Origin: Arcobacteraceae bacterium
Lineage (GTDB): Bacteria; Campylobacterota; Campylobacteria; Campylobacterales; Arcobacteraceae
Length of the DNA stretch: 64,000 nucleotides
Direction of reading: 5' to 3'
Assembly (NCBI GenBank): GCA_965224485.1
Contig: CBDCZH010000016.1
Span: forward strand, 64,001-128,000
Below are positions 45,690 to 59,708 of the stretch, one piece after another (positions within the stretch are counted from its first letter, which is position 1; each line of letters begins with the position of its first letter). The translations under genes and the position numbers were made by a program. The notes beneath the pieces were generated by a model, which searched no databases, was not told where the DNA came from, and was given only the letters and a program-made list of their open reading frames with translations.

Positions 45690-45869
45690 TTACATTTTGT
45701 CTTTTTTCATCATTTCTTCATGCATTTCTTTCTTTTCCATATTACCATGCATCTCTTTTTTCATCATTTTTTCAGATATCTCTTTCTTTTCCATATTTGA
45801 ATTATTACTAGTACATCCAATAAAGATAAATGTACCTAATAAACTTAACACTAAAATAAACTTTTTCAT
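45690..45869 (-). CDS. 59-aa Met/Lys/Glu-rich lipoprotein with MxKKE/D pentapeptide repeats; not in ORF track
   Basis: MKKFILVLSLLGTFIFIG-CTSNNSNMEKKEISEKMMKKEMHGNMEKKEMHEEMMKKDKM*; AAAGGA RBS, lipoprotein signal FIGC. Confidence 0.85.
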   Translation of the reverse strand: MKKFILVLSLLGTFIFIGCTSNNSNMEKKEISEKMMKKEMHGNMEKKEMHEEMMKKDKM

Positions 45870-45931
45870 TTTAAATCCTTTAATTTGATAGAAGTATTTT
45901 ATGATTTTAATGTGTAGTTATTGTTAGGTAA

Positions 45932-46049
45932 TTTAGGTTTTTAGGTTTTTAGGTTTTTAGGTTTTTAGGTTTTTAGGTTTTTAGGTTTTTAGGTTTTTAG
46001 GTTTTTAGGTTTTTAGGTTTTTAGGTTTTTAGGTTTTTAGGTTTTTAGG
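45932..46049. repeat. Octanucleotide microsatellite (TTTTTAGG)14 plus partial unit
   Basis: 14 perfect units at 45938-46049, preceded by TTTAGG. Confidence 0.95.
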
Positions 46050-46113
46050 TAAGGATTGCGAGTTTATCTTTAGTTAAACTTAAATGTAAGAATATTTCAA
46101 TAAAAATTGGGCT

Positions 46114-46161
46114 AAAAAAAAGCTCTTACTTTAAACCAAGAAATGGTTAAAAGTAAAAGCT
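46114..46161 (-). terminator. Terminator of rRNA operon B
   Basis: AGCTCTTACTTTAAACCA / TGGTTAAAAGTAAAAGCT imperfect stem followed by a U-run on the minus strand. Confidence 0.7.
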
Positions 46162-46177
46162 ATAAAAAATACTTAAA

Positions 46178-46293
46178 TCTGGCAACGACCTACGTTTCGC
46201 ACAAGGGGACCCTGCAGTATTATCAGCGATGAAGAGCTTGACTACCAGGTTCGAAATGGAGCTGGGTATTTCCTCTTCTCTATAATCACCAGA
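46178..46293 (-). rRNA. rrf: 5S rRNA (operon B)
   Basis: Same sequence as 40051-40166, offset 6127. Confidence 0.95.
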
Positions 46294-46490
46294 AAAAAGT
46301 AATAAATGAACGGAAACGCAGAACTAAAGTTCTGTTCATAATAAAAATCATACTTTAGTATAATTTATTATTAATTCACTTATTACTTTCTTCTTAAAAG
46401 AATAAAGTAAAAATTGTTAAAGTCTTGTTTTGAACACTTAAATTATTAAGCATACACTTAATAAGATAGTAGCCATTGAAATAATAAAAA

Positions 46491-49391
<2,901 letters not shown>

Positions 49392-49698
49392 TAATAAATA
49401 GAGTTAAACTCTATCGCTTTTTGATAATTATTCTTTGGCTACTATCTTATTAAATGTACAAGTACATTAATAATATAGTATTGTGTTCTATCTATTTCTA
49501 GATAATTTAAATTTTGTTATTAAACTACTTTCATACGAAAATAATTTAACGAAAAAATTAAAGACTTTAACAATAAATTTTTAAATAACATGTAACCTAA
49601 GTTACGTTTTGATCCGAAAATCAAATATAAATTCTACATGTAGAACTTATATCTGACTTTACAACTCTGTTTTTTTAAGGTTCTATGATTTTGGTATA

Positions 49699-49774
49699 TG
49701 GTGGAGAATAGCGGGATCGAACCGCTGACCTCCTGCGTGCAAGGCAGGCGCTCTCCCAGCTGAGCTAATTCCCC
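49699..49774 (-). tRNA. tRNA-Ala (UGC)
   Basis: GGGGAATTAGCTCAGCTGGGAGAGCGCCTGCCTTGCACGCAGG...TTCTCCACCA; 76 nt with encoded CCA. Confidence 0.97.
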
Positions 49775-49807
49775 TGGGTGAACAATTTTCATTGTTCTAG
49801 ATTATGA

Positions 49808-49884
49808 TGGTGGGCCCACCAGGACTTGAACCTGGGACCTCACGATTATCAGTCGAGCGCTCTAGCCAGCTGAGCTATGGGCCC
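49808..49884 (-). tRNA. tRNA-Ile (GAU)
   Basis: GGGCCCATAGCTCAGCTGGCTAGAGCGCTCGACTGATAATCGTGAGG...GGGCCCACCA; 77 nt. Confidence 0.97.
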
Positions 49885-49979
49885 ATATACCTATTCTATA
49901 ATCTTTATAAACCGAACATAATACTCTGTAATATTTTAGTTACTAGCATAAGAAACGAATCTTATGCTACTTACTCTGA

Positions 49980-51495
<1,516 letters not shown>

Positions 51496-51790
51496 ATGGT
51501 AGTTTGAAACTGACAATATTTATAATTGTTACATTACAAAATCATCACTCAAAATAGTTTTTACTACAAGTAGTAAAAGCTTAATAGACAAAGATATGTT
51601 TTACCATATTCTTGTTTTCTAATATTATCAATATGTTTGTTTAACCTATGTCATATTACATAGTTAAACAGAGTATCATATTCGGTTTATAAAGATTACT
51701 CTTTTTAAACCTTAAGTTGTTAAAGAACATCCAGACTCTCATGTTACCACCGCTCTTTCGTTTGGTGTGTATCACTTAAATTGGACGGGA

Positions 51791-51819
51791 ATTATAGACA
51801 ATTTATTCTCTTTTGTCAA
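51791..51819 (-). promoter_or_regulatory. Sigma70 promoter of rRNA operon B
   Basis: TTGACA-N17-TATAAT on the minus strand. Confidence 0.9.
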
Positions 51820-52021
51820 GGGTTTACTCTTCGATTTGGCTTAAATTTGTAAAGTTTTGTTTTTTTAATTTAATTTTTCTTATCTTATACATTATATATA
51901 AAGAAAAAATACTTCTTTATATTATAAGTAAAGAAAAAACTATGTAGATTCTATTTTAAAGCTTTTATTAAGTCAATCATATTAAAATGTACGCAAGACT
52001 TATTTTATAAAAGGAAAGAAA

Positions 52022-52717
52022 ATGTATAACAGAGATTATTTATCTCAAAACACGCATAATACTTCTCATGCACATGATTCATCAAAAGCTGAATTAATGA
52101 GCTTTTTAAAAGCTACTTACCAATTATTTGCTGGTTCATTATTAGCAGCTACGGCTGGAGCTTATATTGGCTTAGACATGGTTTCAACAATTGCCTCTTG
52201 GTATTGGGGTCTAGTAATTTTAGAATTTGTTTTATTATTTGCATTATTTGCAGTAAAAAATAAACCAGGAATAAATTTAGCTGTACTATTTGGATTTACA
52301 TTCATAAGTGGATTAACAATAACACCTTTATTGGCCTCAGTATTTGCAATGCCCGCAGGTGCTTCTATTGTTGCACAAGCATTTTTAATGACTTCTGTTG
52401 CATTTGCAGGTATTTCTATGTTTGCAATGACAACAAAAAGAGATTTCTCAGGAATGGGGAAAATGCTTTTTATTGTTTTAATTGTAGTCATTGTAGGTTC
52501 TGTTGCTAATATTTTTATTCAAGCACCAATGTTACAATTAGGTATTGCTATGGTTGGAGCAGTTTTATTTTCTGCTTTTATTCTTTACGATACTCAAAAA
52601 ATCATTAAAGGTGGTTATTCAACACCAATTGAAGCTGCTATTGCTTTATACTTAGATTTCTTTAACTTATTTATCATGTTATTACAAATCTTAGGTATTT
52701 TTAATAGTGATGATTAG
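52022..52717 (+). CDS. Bax inhibitor-1/YccA family membrane protein
   Basis: Seven hydrophobic segments; TTKRDFS, ILYDTQ, ALYLDFFNLF. Confidence 0.92.
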   Translation: MYNRDYLSQNTHNTSHAHDSSKAELMSFLKATYQLFAGSLLAATAGAYIGLDMVSTIASWYWGLVILEFVLLFALFAVKNKPGINLAVLFGFTFISGLTITPLLASVFAMPAGASIVAQAFLMTSVAFAGISMFAMTTKRDFSGMGKMLFIVLIVVIVGSVANIFIQAPMLQLGIAMVGAVLFSAFILYDTQKIIKGGYSTPIEAAIALYLDFFNLFIMLLQILGIFNSDD

Positions 52718-52718
52718 G

Positions 52719-52745
52719 AACTAACTCCTTAAGAAGGAGTTAGTT
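52719..52745 (+). terminator. Hairpin after the YccA-like gene
   Basis: AACTAACTCCTT / AAGGAGTTAGTT; the 3' arm contains AAGGAG, a possible RBS for the next gene. Confidence 0.55.
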
Positions 52746-52751
52746 AATTTT

Positions 52752-53159
52752 ATGATGGAAATAAATGAATTAAGACTAATTGATGCCAATCTTAACAGGT
52801 TAAGGGAAGGCATTCGTGTTGTTGAAGATATCTTTAGATATGTATATAATGACAGAAATACTGCTTTAAAACTAAAAGAGTTAAGACATAAATCTAGACT
52901 TGTAATTTATAATGATTTATTAAAATCTCGTGATATTAAAAATGATGTTTTAAAAAAATCTACTGCTTCTGAACAAAATAGAGACAATCTCTACTCCATA
53001 TTAATAGCTAATTTTAAAAGAGCCCAAGAAAGTTCACGTGTATTAGAAGAGTTTACAAAACTTCAAGATATAAAAACTAGTGAAACATTTAAGTACATTA
53101 GATACGAGCTTTATGATTTAGAAAAAGCCTTAATAAATATAACTTCAAACTCTAAATAG
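52752..53159 (+). CDS. ThiD2-domain protein (as in the N-terminal domain of cyanobacterial ThiE)
   Basis: RLIDANLNRLREGIRVVED, LKELRH, ANFKRAQESSRVLEE, RYELYDLEK. Confidence 0.8.
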   Translation: MMEINELRLIDANLNRLREGIRVVEDIFRYVYNDRNTALKLKELRHKSRLVIYNDLLKSRDIKNDVLKKSTASEQNRDNLYSILIANFKRAQESSRVLEEFTKLQDIKTSETFKYIRYELYDLEKALINITSNSK

Positions 53160-53803
53160 TTTAAATCATAATTTTTATATAAAAGTTTAGCCTCTTTAAA
53201 ACTAAGCTTTGAGTTTCCACTTACCCCTGAGTTCTTTATATATTTAAAAATATCTTTTTTATTATCAAATTCTAGATTGTAATTCAATATTTCAAATTCA
53301 CAAGAAAAGTTATTTGAAAAAGCCTCTTTAATTTCTAAGCTTGACAAGATAGGTGATTTTTGCCTTGTAAGCTCTTGAATACTTTTAAAGGTATTTGAAG
53401 TAAATAACACTGCATACATTTCATTAGAAAGTGAAGAAAGAAGCTTAAGTATTTTATTTAAATCTTTTGACCATTGTAAAGCAGAAGAAGATAAAATCAC
53501 ATCATATTTATCATTTTTTATGTTCTTCCTAAAATCACTTGAATCAAAATCGAAACACTTAACTTCAAGATTTTTAGCTCTTGGATGAAGAGAACACATT
53601 GAAGAAGAGAAGTCAATTGCCTTGTAATAATCTACATTCCAGGTGATATTTTTATATATTTGCCCAGACCCACAACCTAATTCTAAAATTCTTTTTGGTT
53701 TACTTAAAATATCTCTTATAAGCGACTTTGCAACAAGTTGTTGTATTATATTGTATGAATTATATTCATTTGCGTGTTTTGAAAACTCATTTTTTACTGA
53801 CAT
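53111..53803 (-). CDS. SAM-dependent methyltransferase, BioC-like
   Basis: F...A..Y.....IQ N-terminus, ILELGCGSG, YDVILSSSALQW. Confidence 0.8.
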   Translation of the reverse strand: MSVKNEFSKHANEYNSYNIIQQLVAKSLIRDILSKPKRILELGCGSGQIYKNITWNVDYYKAIDFSSSMCSLHPRAKNLEVKCFDFDSSDFRKNIKNDKYDVILSSSALQWSKDLNKILKLLSSLSNEMYAVLFTSNTFKSIQELTRQKSPILSSLEIKEAFSNNFSCEFEILNYNLEFDNKKDIFKYIKNSGVSGNSKLSFKEAKLLYKNYDLNYLEFEVIFIKAFSKS

Positions 53804-53875
53804 GGGAAATATTTTAGCTTTTTTTTAATAAAGTTTGGATAAAATACCTACCATTTTTTATAAAGGAATTATAAT

Positions 53876-54235
53876 ATGACATCAACACTACTAATAGTTC
53901 AAATCGTATTAGCAGTTTTAATAACTATAAGTATATTACTTCAAAAAAGTTCGAGTATGGGACTTGGTGCTTATAGTGGTAGTAATAACTCTGTATTTGG
54001 AGCAAAAGGACCTGCAAGTTTTTTAGCAAGAAGTACAATGGTTCTAGGACTTGTATTTGTTTTAAATACTTTGGTACTAGGATATTACTTTAATGAACAA
54101 AGACAAGCAAGTGCTGTTGATTCTGTAAAAGCAGAATCATTAATACCAACAATGCCAGCAAAAGCAAAATCTATTGCTCCAGCAGCTCCAATCAAGGCTG
54201 CTCCAGTTACAACTCCGGTTGTTCCTAGTAAATAA
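53876..54235 (+). CDS. secG: Preprotein translocase subunit SecG
   Basis: ILLQKSSSMGLGAYSGS, VFGAKG, two TM helices. Confidence 0.93.
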   Translation: MTSTLLIVQIVLAVLITISILLQKSSSMGLGAYSGSNNSVFGAKGPASFLARSTMVLGLVFVLNTLVLGYYFNEQRQASAVDSVKAESLIPTMPAKAKSIAPAAPIKAAPVTTPVVPSK

Positions 54236-54241
54236 TTTTAT

Positions 54242-54278
54242 AAATAGCTAGTTACAAAGTATTAAACTAGCTATTTTT
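54242..54278 (+). terminator. Terminator after secG
   Basis: AAATAGCTAGTT / AACTAGCTATTT followed by T-run. Confidence 0.6.
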
Positions 54279-54465
54279 ACACAAAATTAAGTACTTAATA
54301 CTTACACTTCATTAAAATAAATCTATAAATATCTCAAAAATATAGATATTACAAAATAAATAAATATTAAAAATGATATAATCAAATAAATTTTAAATAA
54401 ACAAATGTTTAATAGAAAACTTCAAGACAAATGATTCTATAAAATGTAAATAAAAGGATAAATAT

Positions 54466-55023
54466 ATGGTAAGCAAAATTTATACAGAAACTAAGCAAGG
54501 TATGGAAAAATCTCTAGAAGCATTAAAAAGAGACTATAAAACTCTAAGAACAGGTAAGGTTTCTCCTTCAGTTTTAGACGGTGTAAAAGTTGATTATTAT
54601 GGAACTATGACAGATCTGAATCAAGTTGGTTCAGTTACAGCAATTGATGCAACTACAATTGCAGTAAATCCTTGGGAAAAAAATCTTTTAGGAGATATTG
54701 AAAGAGCGATACAAAATGCAAATATAGGTGTTAATCCTAATAATGATGGTGAAATAATTAAACTATTCTTTCCACCAATGACAGTTGACCAAAGAAAAGA
54801 GAGTGCTAAGGGTGCAAAAGCAATGACTGATAATGCAAAAGTAGCTATTAGAAATATAAGAAAACACTCAAATGATGAAATTAAAAATCTTCATAAAGAT
54901 AAAGAAATTACTGATGATGAAAGTAAAAAAGCACAAGATGAAATTCAAAAAATAACTGATTCTTTTGTAACTTTAGCTGATTCTACTCTAAGAGCTAAAG
55001 AACAAGAAATTTTAACGGTTTAA
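54466..55023 (+). CDS. frr: Ribosome recycling factor
   Basis: [30 protein letters not shown]. Confidence 0.97.
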   Translation: MVSKIYTETKQGMEKSLEALKRDYKTLRTGKVSPSVLDGVKVDYYGTMTDLNQVGSVTAIDATTIAVNPWEKNLLGDIERAIQNANIGVNPNNDGEIIKLFFPPMTVDQRKESAKGAKAMTDNAKVAIRNIRKHSNDEIKNLHKDKEITDDESKKAQDEIQKITDSFVTLADSTLRAKEQEILTV

Positions 55024-55025
55024 TT

Positions 55026-55634
55026 ATGAATATAGAAAAAATATATAAAGATTCATCTGCTCTTTTAGAAGGGCATTTTAAACTAAGTAGCGGAAATCAT
55101 TCAAAGTTTTATTTACAAAGCGCTAAAGTTTTAGAAAATCCTAAAACTGCTAAGCTTTTAGCAAATGAATTAGCTAAACAAATAAAAGAATCTGGTATCA
55201 AAGTTGATGCTGTATGTTCACCTGCACTTGGTGGAATAATTTCTGGATTTGCACTTGCAACTGCTTTAGATGTAAGATTTATTTTTGCAGAAAGAGTTGA
55301 TGGAATTATGAGTATTAGAAGAGGGTTTGAAGTTAAAAAAGATGAAAAGTATATCATTTGTGAAGATATTATTACAACTGGTGGATCTGCCCTAGAAGCT
55401 GCAAAAGAAGTTGAAAAAAGTGGAGCAGAAGTTGTAGCTTATGCTGCTTTAGCAAATAGAGGTTTTTGTAAAAGAGAAGGAAGTACACAAGAGGCAAAAG
55501 AAAATTGTAAGTTACCACTTAACAAACCACTTTTTGCTCTTGATGATTTTACCTTTGAAATGTATTCACCTGAAACTTGTCCTATGTGCAAAGAAGGAAG
55601 TACAGCTTATAAACCAGGTTCTAGAGGCAACTAA
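55026..55634 (+). CDS. pyrE: Orotate phosphoribosyltransferase
   Basis: [12 protein letters not shown]-binding [16 protein letters not shown]. Confidence 0.95.
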   Translation: MNIEKIYKDSSALLEGHFKLSSGNHSKFYLQSAKVLENPKTAKLLANELAKQIKESGIKVDAVCSPALGGIISGFALATALDVRFIFAERVDGIMSIRRGFEVKKDEKYIICEDIITTGGSALEAAKEVEKSGAEVVAYAALANRGFCKREGSTQEAKENCKLPLNKPLFALDDFTFEMYSPETCPMCKEGSTAYKPGSRGN

Positions 55635-55636
55635 AA

Positions 55637-56110
55637 ATGAGTCGTAAAAAATATAAAGAAGTAAGAAAGAGTAAAGAAGAAAAAATAAATATAGAAAGTT
55701 TATCTTTTTCTTCTTGCTCTTCAATTCCCTCAAGAATAAAAGCTTTTGTTGTTGATATGTTTATGATAATGATGCCCTTAGCTTATATAACAACTTATGT
55801 TTTATTAGATGGTAAAGATGACTTTCAAAGTAATAACTCTGCTCGTTGGGCTATATCTATTATATATGGTTTAGTTATTATCTTTTTTTGGGTTTTAAAA
55901 GCACAAAGTCCAGGACTAAGAGCATATAAATTAAAACTAATTGATGCTAAAAGTAAAAAAAACATCTCTCTTGCAAAAGCAATTCTAAGATATTTTGCCT
56001 TTTTATTCTCTTCTATGAGTATAATATTAACACTTTTACCTTTTTTTAGAAAAGATAAAAAAACATTTCAAGACTTAATTGCTAATACATTGGTAGTTGA
56101 CAGTAAATAA
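55637..56110 (+). CDS. RDD family membrane protein
   Basis: RIKAFVVD, QSPG, AILRY, FQDLIANT. Confidence 0.88.
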   Translation: MSRKKYKEVRKSKEEKINIESLSFSSCSSIPSRIKAFVVDMFMIMMPLAYITTYVLLDGKDDFQSNNSARWAISIIYGLVIIFFWVLKAQSPGLRAYKLKLIDAKSKKNISLAKAILRYFAFLFSSMSIILTLLPFFRKDKKTFQDLIANTLVVDSK

Positions 56111-57198
56111 TGATCTTTTTTAATCTTAGTGCATTTTATTTCTTTTATTTTGCAGCCGTTGGTGTTTATATAATTTTTATGCCAAAGGTTTTATTAGATC
56201 TTGGATACAGTACTTTTGATATTGGAATAGTATTCGCCCTTGCTCCTTTAATGAGATTTATAACTCCATTTCTATTTTTAAAGCACATAAAATTAGATCA
56301 AGTTGTTTTTAAACTTGCTCTTTTTTTAGCTTTATTTTGTGCTTCATTATTTTATTTCACTATTGATAATTTTTATGCTTTTTTAATTAACAATGCTATT
56401 TTAGGAGTTTGCTTAAGTTTAATACTTCCATATATCGAAGTTATTGCTCTTAAAGATTTAGGAAGACAAAGATATGGAAAATCAAGATTATATGGCTCAA
56501 TTGGTTTTATGCTAATTGCTCTTTTACTTGCAAAGTTTTTATATGAACCTAAAGTAGCTCTTCATTATTATTTAGCAACAACAACTTTAACTGTTGTATT
56601 TTCACTTATTTTACTTAAATATGATGTATCTCATAAAGAAATAAGTTCTAAAAAGAGTTTTTCTTTTATGCAATACTGGCCGTTTTGGTTAAGTTTGTTT
56701 TTTATGCAAGTAAGTTTTGGAGGTTTTTATAATTTTTTTACTATTTATGAAACAGAACAAGGAATAAGCTTAGAGCTTATTTCATATTTATGGACATTTG
56801 GTATTATTTGTGAAATAATAATATTATATTTTCAAGCACCGCTTCTTAAAAAGAATTTATTAAATTTGATAAAGTTTTCCATTGCAATAACAGCAATAAG
56901 ATGGTTTTTATTATATTTATTTCCAAATAATCTAACAATAACTTTCTTAACTCAAGGATTACATGCTTTTTCCTTTGCTTTATATCATAGTGCTGTAATA
57001 ATATACCTATATACCTTATATGAGAACAAAAAACTAGCACAGCAATTCATGTATGGAGTTGCTTATGGTTTAGGAGGCTTTATAGGAGCTCTTAGCTCAG
57101 GGTATCTATATGGTGAGAATATATTCTTATATTCAAGTATTTTTGCACTTCTTTCATATATCTCAATTTTATATACTAAAAAATCACCTATAACTTAG
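56110..57198 (+). CDS. MFS transporter (MFS_1-like/HcaT-type)
   Basis: YFFYFAAVG, YGKSRLYGSIGF, IRW, QGLHAFSF; many TM helices. Confidence 0.88.
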   Translation: MIFFNLSAFYFFYFAAVGVYIIFMPKVLLDLGYSTFDIGIVFALAPLMRFITPFLFLKHIKLDQVVFKLALFLALFCASLFYFTIDNFYAFLINNAILGVCLSLILPYIEVIALKDLGRQRYGKSRLYGSIGFMLIALLLAKFLYEPKVALHYYLATTTLTVVFSLILLKYDVSHKEISSKKSFSFMQYWPFWLSLFFMQVSFGGFYNFFTIYETEQGISLELISYLWTFGIICEIIILYFQAPLLKKNLLNLIKFSIAITAIRWFLLYLFPNNLTITFLTQGLHAFSFALYHSAVIIYLYTLYENKKLAQQFMYGVAYGLGGFIGALSSGYLYGENIFLYSSIFALLSYISILYTKKSPIT

Positions 57199-58436
57199 AT
57201 TTTTCCATCTAATTGATCTTCTCTGTATTTGATAACATCTTTTAAATCATCTATTTTTTTTGTATGTTCATCTATTTTTTTAAGTGCCACTTTATATGCT
57301 TTACTTTTTGCTTCTAATTCATTTTTTACATTTACTAAAGTATCTTCTAGTCTTTTACAAAGTACTTTAAAATCACTTGCTATTGTGGTGATTTTACTAA
57401 CTTTTTCATTAGTATAATAAACTAGTTTTTCATTATTGGATCTAGTTTTTTCTATTTCTTCTTCAAAATGTTTAACTTGTGATAATAACTTAGAAGATCT
57501 TTTTCTCTCTATATTTAATGCATCTTCAAATAAAGGTGTATTTTCATATTTTTTTAATTTATTTATTAAACTTATTATGTGACTAGAATTCTTTACATTT
57601 TGTTTTTTGTTTTCTTGTATATTAGCTACGACTTTTTTCTTAAACTCTCTTTTTTCTAACTCATCATCAGTTGTTAAAAATCTAATTGCAATATATTCAA
57701 TAATATCTTTTCCATATTCATCAAAAATTGGCATAATAGTTGCATTAACATAATAAGCAGACCCATCTTTAGCCCTATTCTTAACCTTACCACTCCAAGT
57801 TTTACCATCTTTTATATCAGCCCATAACTTTTTAAAACTTTCACTTGGCATATCAGGATGTCTTATTATACTATGTGGTTTACCTAATAATTCATCTTTA
57901 TCATATTGGGCAATATCACAAAAAATATCATTCACGTAAGTAATACAACCTTTTAAATCTGTTTTTGAAACAATTGCTACTTTATTTAAAGCATCTAAGT
58001 ACCTACTTATTTCTTCTTTTTGTTTCATTACTCTTAAAGAGAATAATTTATATTCGCAGTGTTTGGCAACTTTTTTAAATAAATCAGTAACATCAAAAGG
58101 TTTAGCTATATATTCAGAAACATTATAAGAAATAGCATCAAGCATATAGGGGACCTCTGTAAATGCTGTTACAAAAATAAAAGGCACATCACTGGTTTTT
58201 CTAACAAGCTTTAAAACTTCAAGACCTGAGAGTTTTGGCATATTTATATCACTTATTATTATGTCTATAATTGCTTTATTCTTTTCAAATAAAGAACAAC
58301 CCTCTTCTCCATCTTTTCCTACAATAACTTTTTTAAAAACCATAAGCATTGTTTCTTCAATTGAGGTTCTAATAATCTCATCATCTTCAATATATAAAAT
58401 TGTAATTTTTTTTAACAAGTCAGTATTCATATTCAT
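57195..58436 (-). CDS. Response regulator: receiver + PAS + coiled coil, no recognisable output domain
   Basis: ILYIEDD, IISDINMP, FVTAF, YIAKP; PAS segment SKTDLKGCITYVND...KPHSIIRHPD...KNRAKDG; start may be 58436, 58430 or 58463. Confidence 0.85.
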   Translation of the reverse strand: MNMNTDLLKKITILYIEDDEIIRTSIEETMLMVFKKVIVGKDGEEGCSLFEKNKAIIDIIISDINMPKLSGLEVLKLVRKTSDVPFIFVTAFTEVPYMLDAISYNVSEYIAKPFDVTDLFKKVAKHCEYKLFSLRVMKQKEEISRYLDALNKVAIVSKTDLKGCITYVNDIFCDIAQYDKDELLGKPHSIIRHPDMPSESFKKLWADIKDGKTWSGKVKNRAKDGSAYYVNATIMPIFDEYGKDIIEYIAIRFLTTDDELEKREFKKKVVANIQENKKQNVKNSSHIISLINKLKKYENTPLFEDALNIERKRSSKLLSQVKHFEEEIEKTRSNNEKLVYYTNEKVSKITTIASDFKVLCKRLEDTLVNVKNELEAKSKAYKVALKKIDEHTKKIDDLKDVIKYREDQLDGKI

Positions 58437-58498
58437 CCTAGAATAGAAGTATATAAAAAACAAGTAAAGAAGTCAATTAATAATTTTTAATTTTAAAC

Positions 58499-59236
58499 TT
58501 ATTTGATGTTAAGAACAAGAGTTTTAATATTATTATTTATTTGAATTTCACTTATTTCTAGGTTTTTTAGCTCATAATTCATAAATTCTTCAAAAGAATT
58601 TATATTATTTTGTGCTAAAATTTTCAATAAATAACCTCTATAATGTTTAGCCCAGTGAGAAATAACTTTTCCATCTTTTAAAAACTTAAAAGTTAAAACT
58701 TTTTTATTTTTAGTTTTATAAAATTTTTCGTAATATCCTGCTCTTAAATCTATGATTTCATCATCTAAATAATTATCTAAAGCATCTGAAAAATTATCTA
58801 AGTAAAATTTTTCTAATGCGAAATCAGGAAGTTTTGAACCTTGTTTATATTTATAATCAGGGATTAAGTCATTTGCTTTTAGAGGACCAAAAAGATTTGA
58901 AAAAATTATTACATTATTGTCAATATAATTTTGTTCTTTTTCTTTTAAACTTTCATAAGAAAGTGCATCAAAAGCTACTCCATTGTATCGATTGATTGCT
59001 TTTAGGGTTTTCTTATTTTGTAAAGACTCTTTATATCTTTTTACTTCATCTTTATTTTTAAGACCAAACCAAGTGCTAAGTTCATCAATACTAAGATTTT
59101 TAATATGTTTTTCATAAAGAGTAAAAACTTCTTCTCTTTTATCAAATAAATTCTCTAAAAAGAAATTTTTGTTGCAAAAAGAAGGAGAATCTCCTCCTGT
59201 ATTTTTAGTTTCAGCAGGGGCTAGTAGTATTTTCAT
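58499..59236 (-). CDS. yaaA: YaaA (DUF328) peroxide-stress protein
   Basis: ILLAPAETK, AINRYNGVAF, SNLFG, SHWAKHYRG. Confidence 0.85.
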   Translation of the reverse strand: MKILLAPAETKNTGGDSPSFCNKNFFLENLFDKREEVFTLYEKHIKNLSIDELSTWFGLKNKDEVKRYKESLQNKKTLKAINRYNGVAFDALSYESLKEKEQNYIDNNVIIFSNLFGPLKANDLIPDYKYKQGSKLPDFALEKFYLDNFSDALDNYLDDEIIDLRAGYYEKFYKTKNKKVLTFKFLKDGKVISHWAKHYRGYLLKILAQNNINSFEEFMNYELKNLEISEIQINNNIKTLVLNIK

Positions 59237-59287
59237 TTACGTTTTCCTAGGTATAAGATCAATGAAAGTATAGCTAAAAGAGATAAT

Positions 59288-59698
59288 TTATAAAAATTCT
59301 CCACTATGATATAACCAAGAATCATTTATTTTTTCAAATCTACTTTTTTCACAAAAAGTAATATCTTCATTATTTTGTTTTAAATTAACTCTAAAAGTAA
59401 CATAAGATATTTTTTCATCTTCTTTTGTATCTAATATTTCTAAAGAATTAAACTCTGTACTAGTACAAAACTCTAAAATACTCTCTTTCCAAAACGCAAT
59501 ATCATTTGTATAATCTACATTTAAGAAATGTGTTGTTTTTATAATATATTTATAGTCATTTACACAAAATGCACTATATCTTGATTTCATTAATAAAAGT
59601 GCAGTTTTAGGCAAAGCTCCTATATGAAAAATTTTACAGCACTTTTTATATTCTTTTAAACTGCCACAAGGACAAGTTGTATTAAGAGAAATTTTCAA
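59288..59698 (-). CDS. ychJ: YchJ family protein (SEC-C motif + NTF2-like)
   Basis: CPCGS...YKKCC, LMKSRYSAF, EKSRF, WLY. Confidence 0.9.
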   Translation of the reverse strand: MKISLNTTCPCGSLKEYKKCCKIFHIGALPKTALLLMKSRYSAFCVNDYKYIIKTTHFLNVDYTNDIAFWKESILEFCTSTEFNSLEILDTKEDEKISYVTFRVNLKQNNEDITFCEKSRFEKINDSWLYHSGEFL

Positions 59699-59708
59699 TG
59701 TTCAAATT

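Noticed and set aside
45697..45888. 63-aa + strand ORF MSFFIISS...
   Set aside because: Antisense shadow of the minus-strand lipoprotein, which has an RBS and signal peptide
45932..46049. TTTTTAGG array as a telomere, eukaryotic contamination or CRISPR
   Set aside because: Internal, flanked by bacterial sequence, and has no spacers or cas genes; a simple microsatellite
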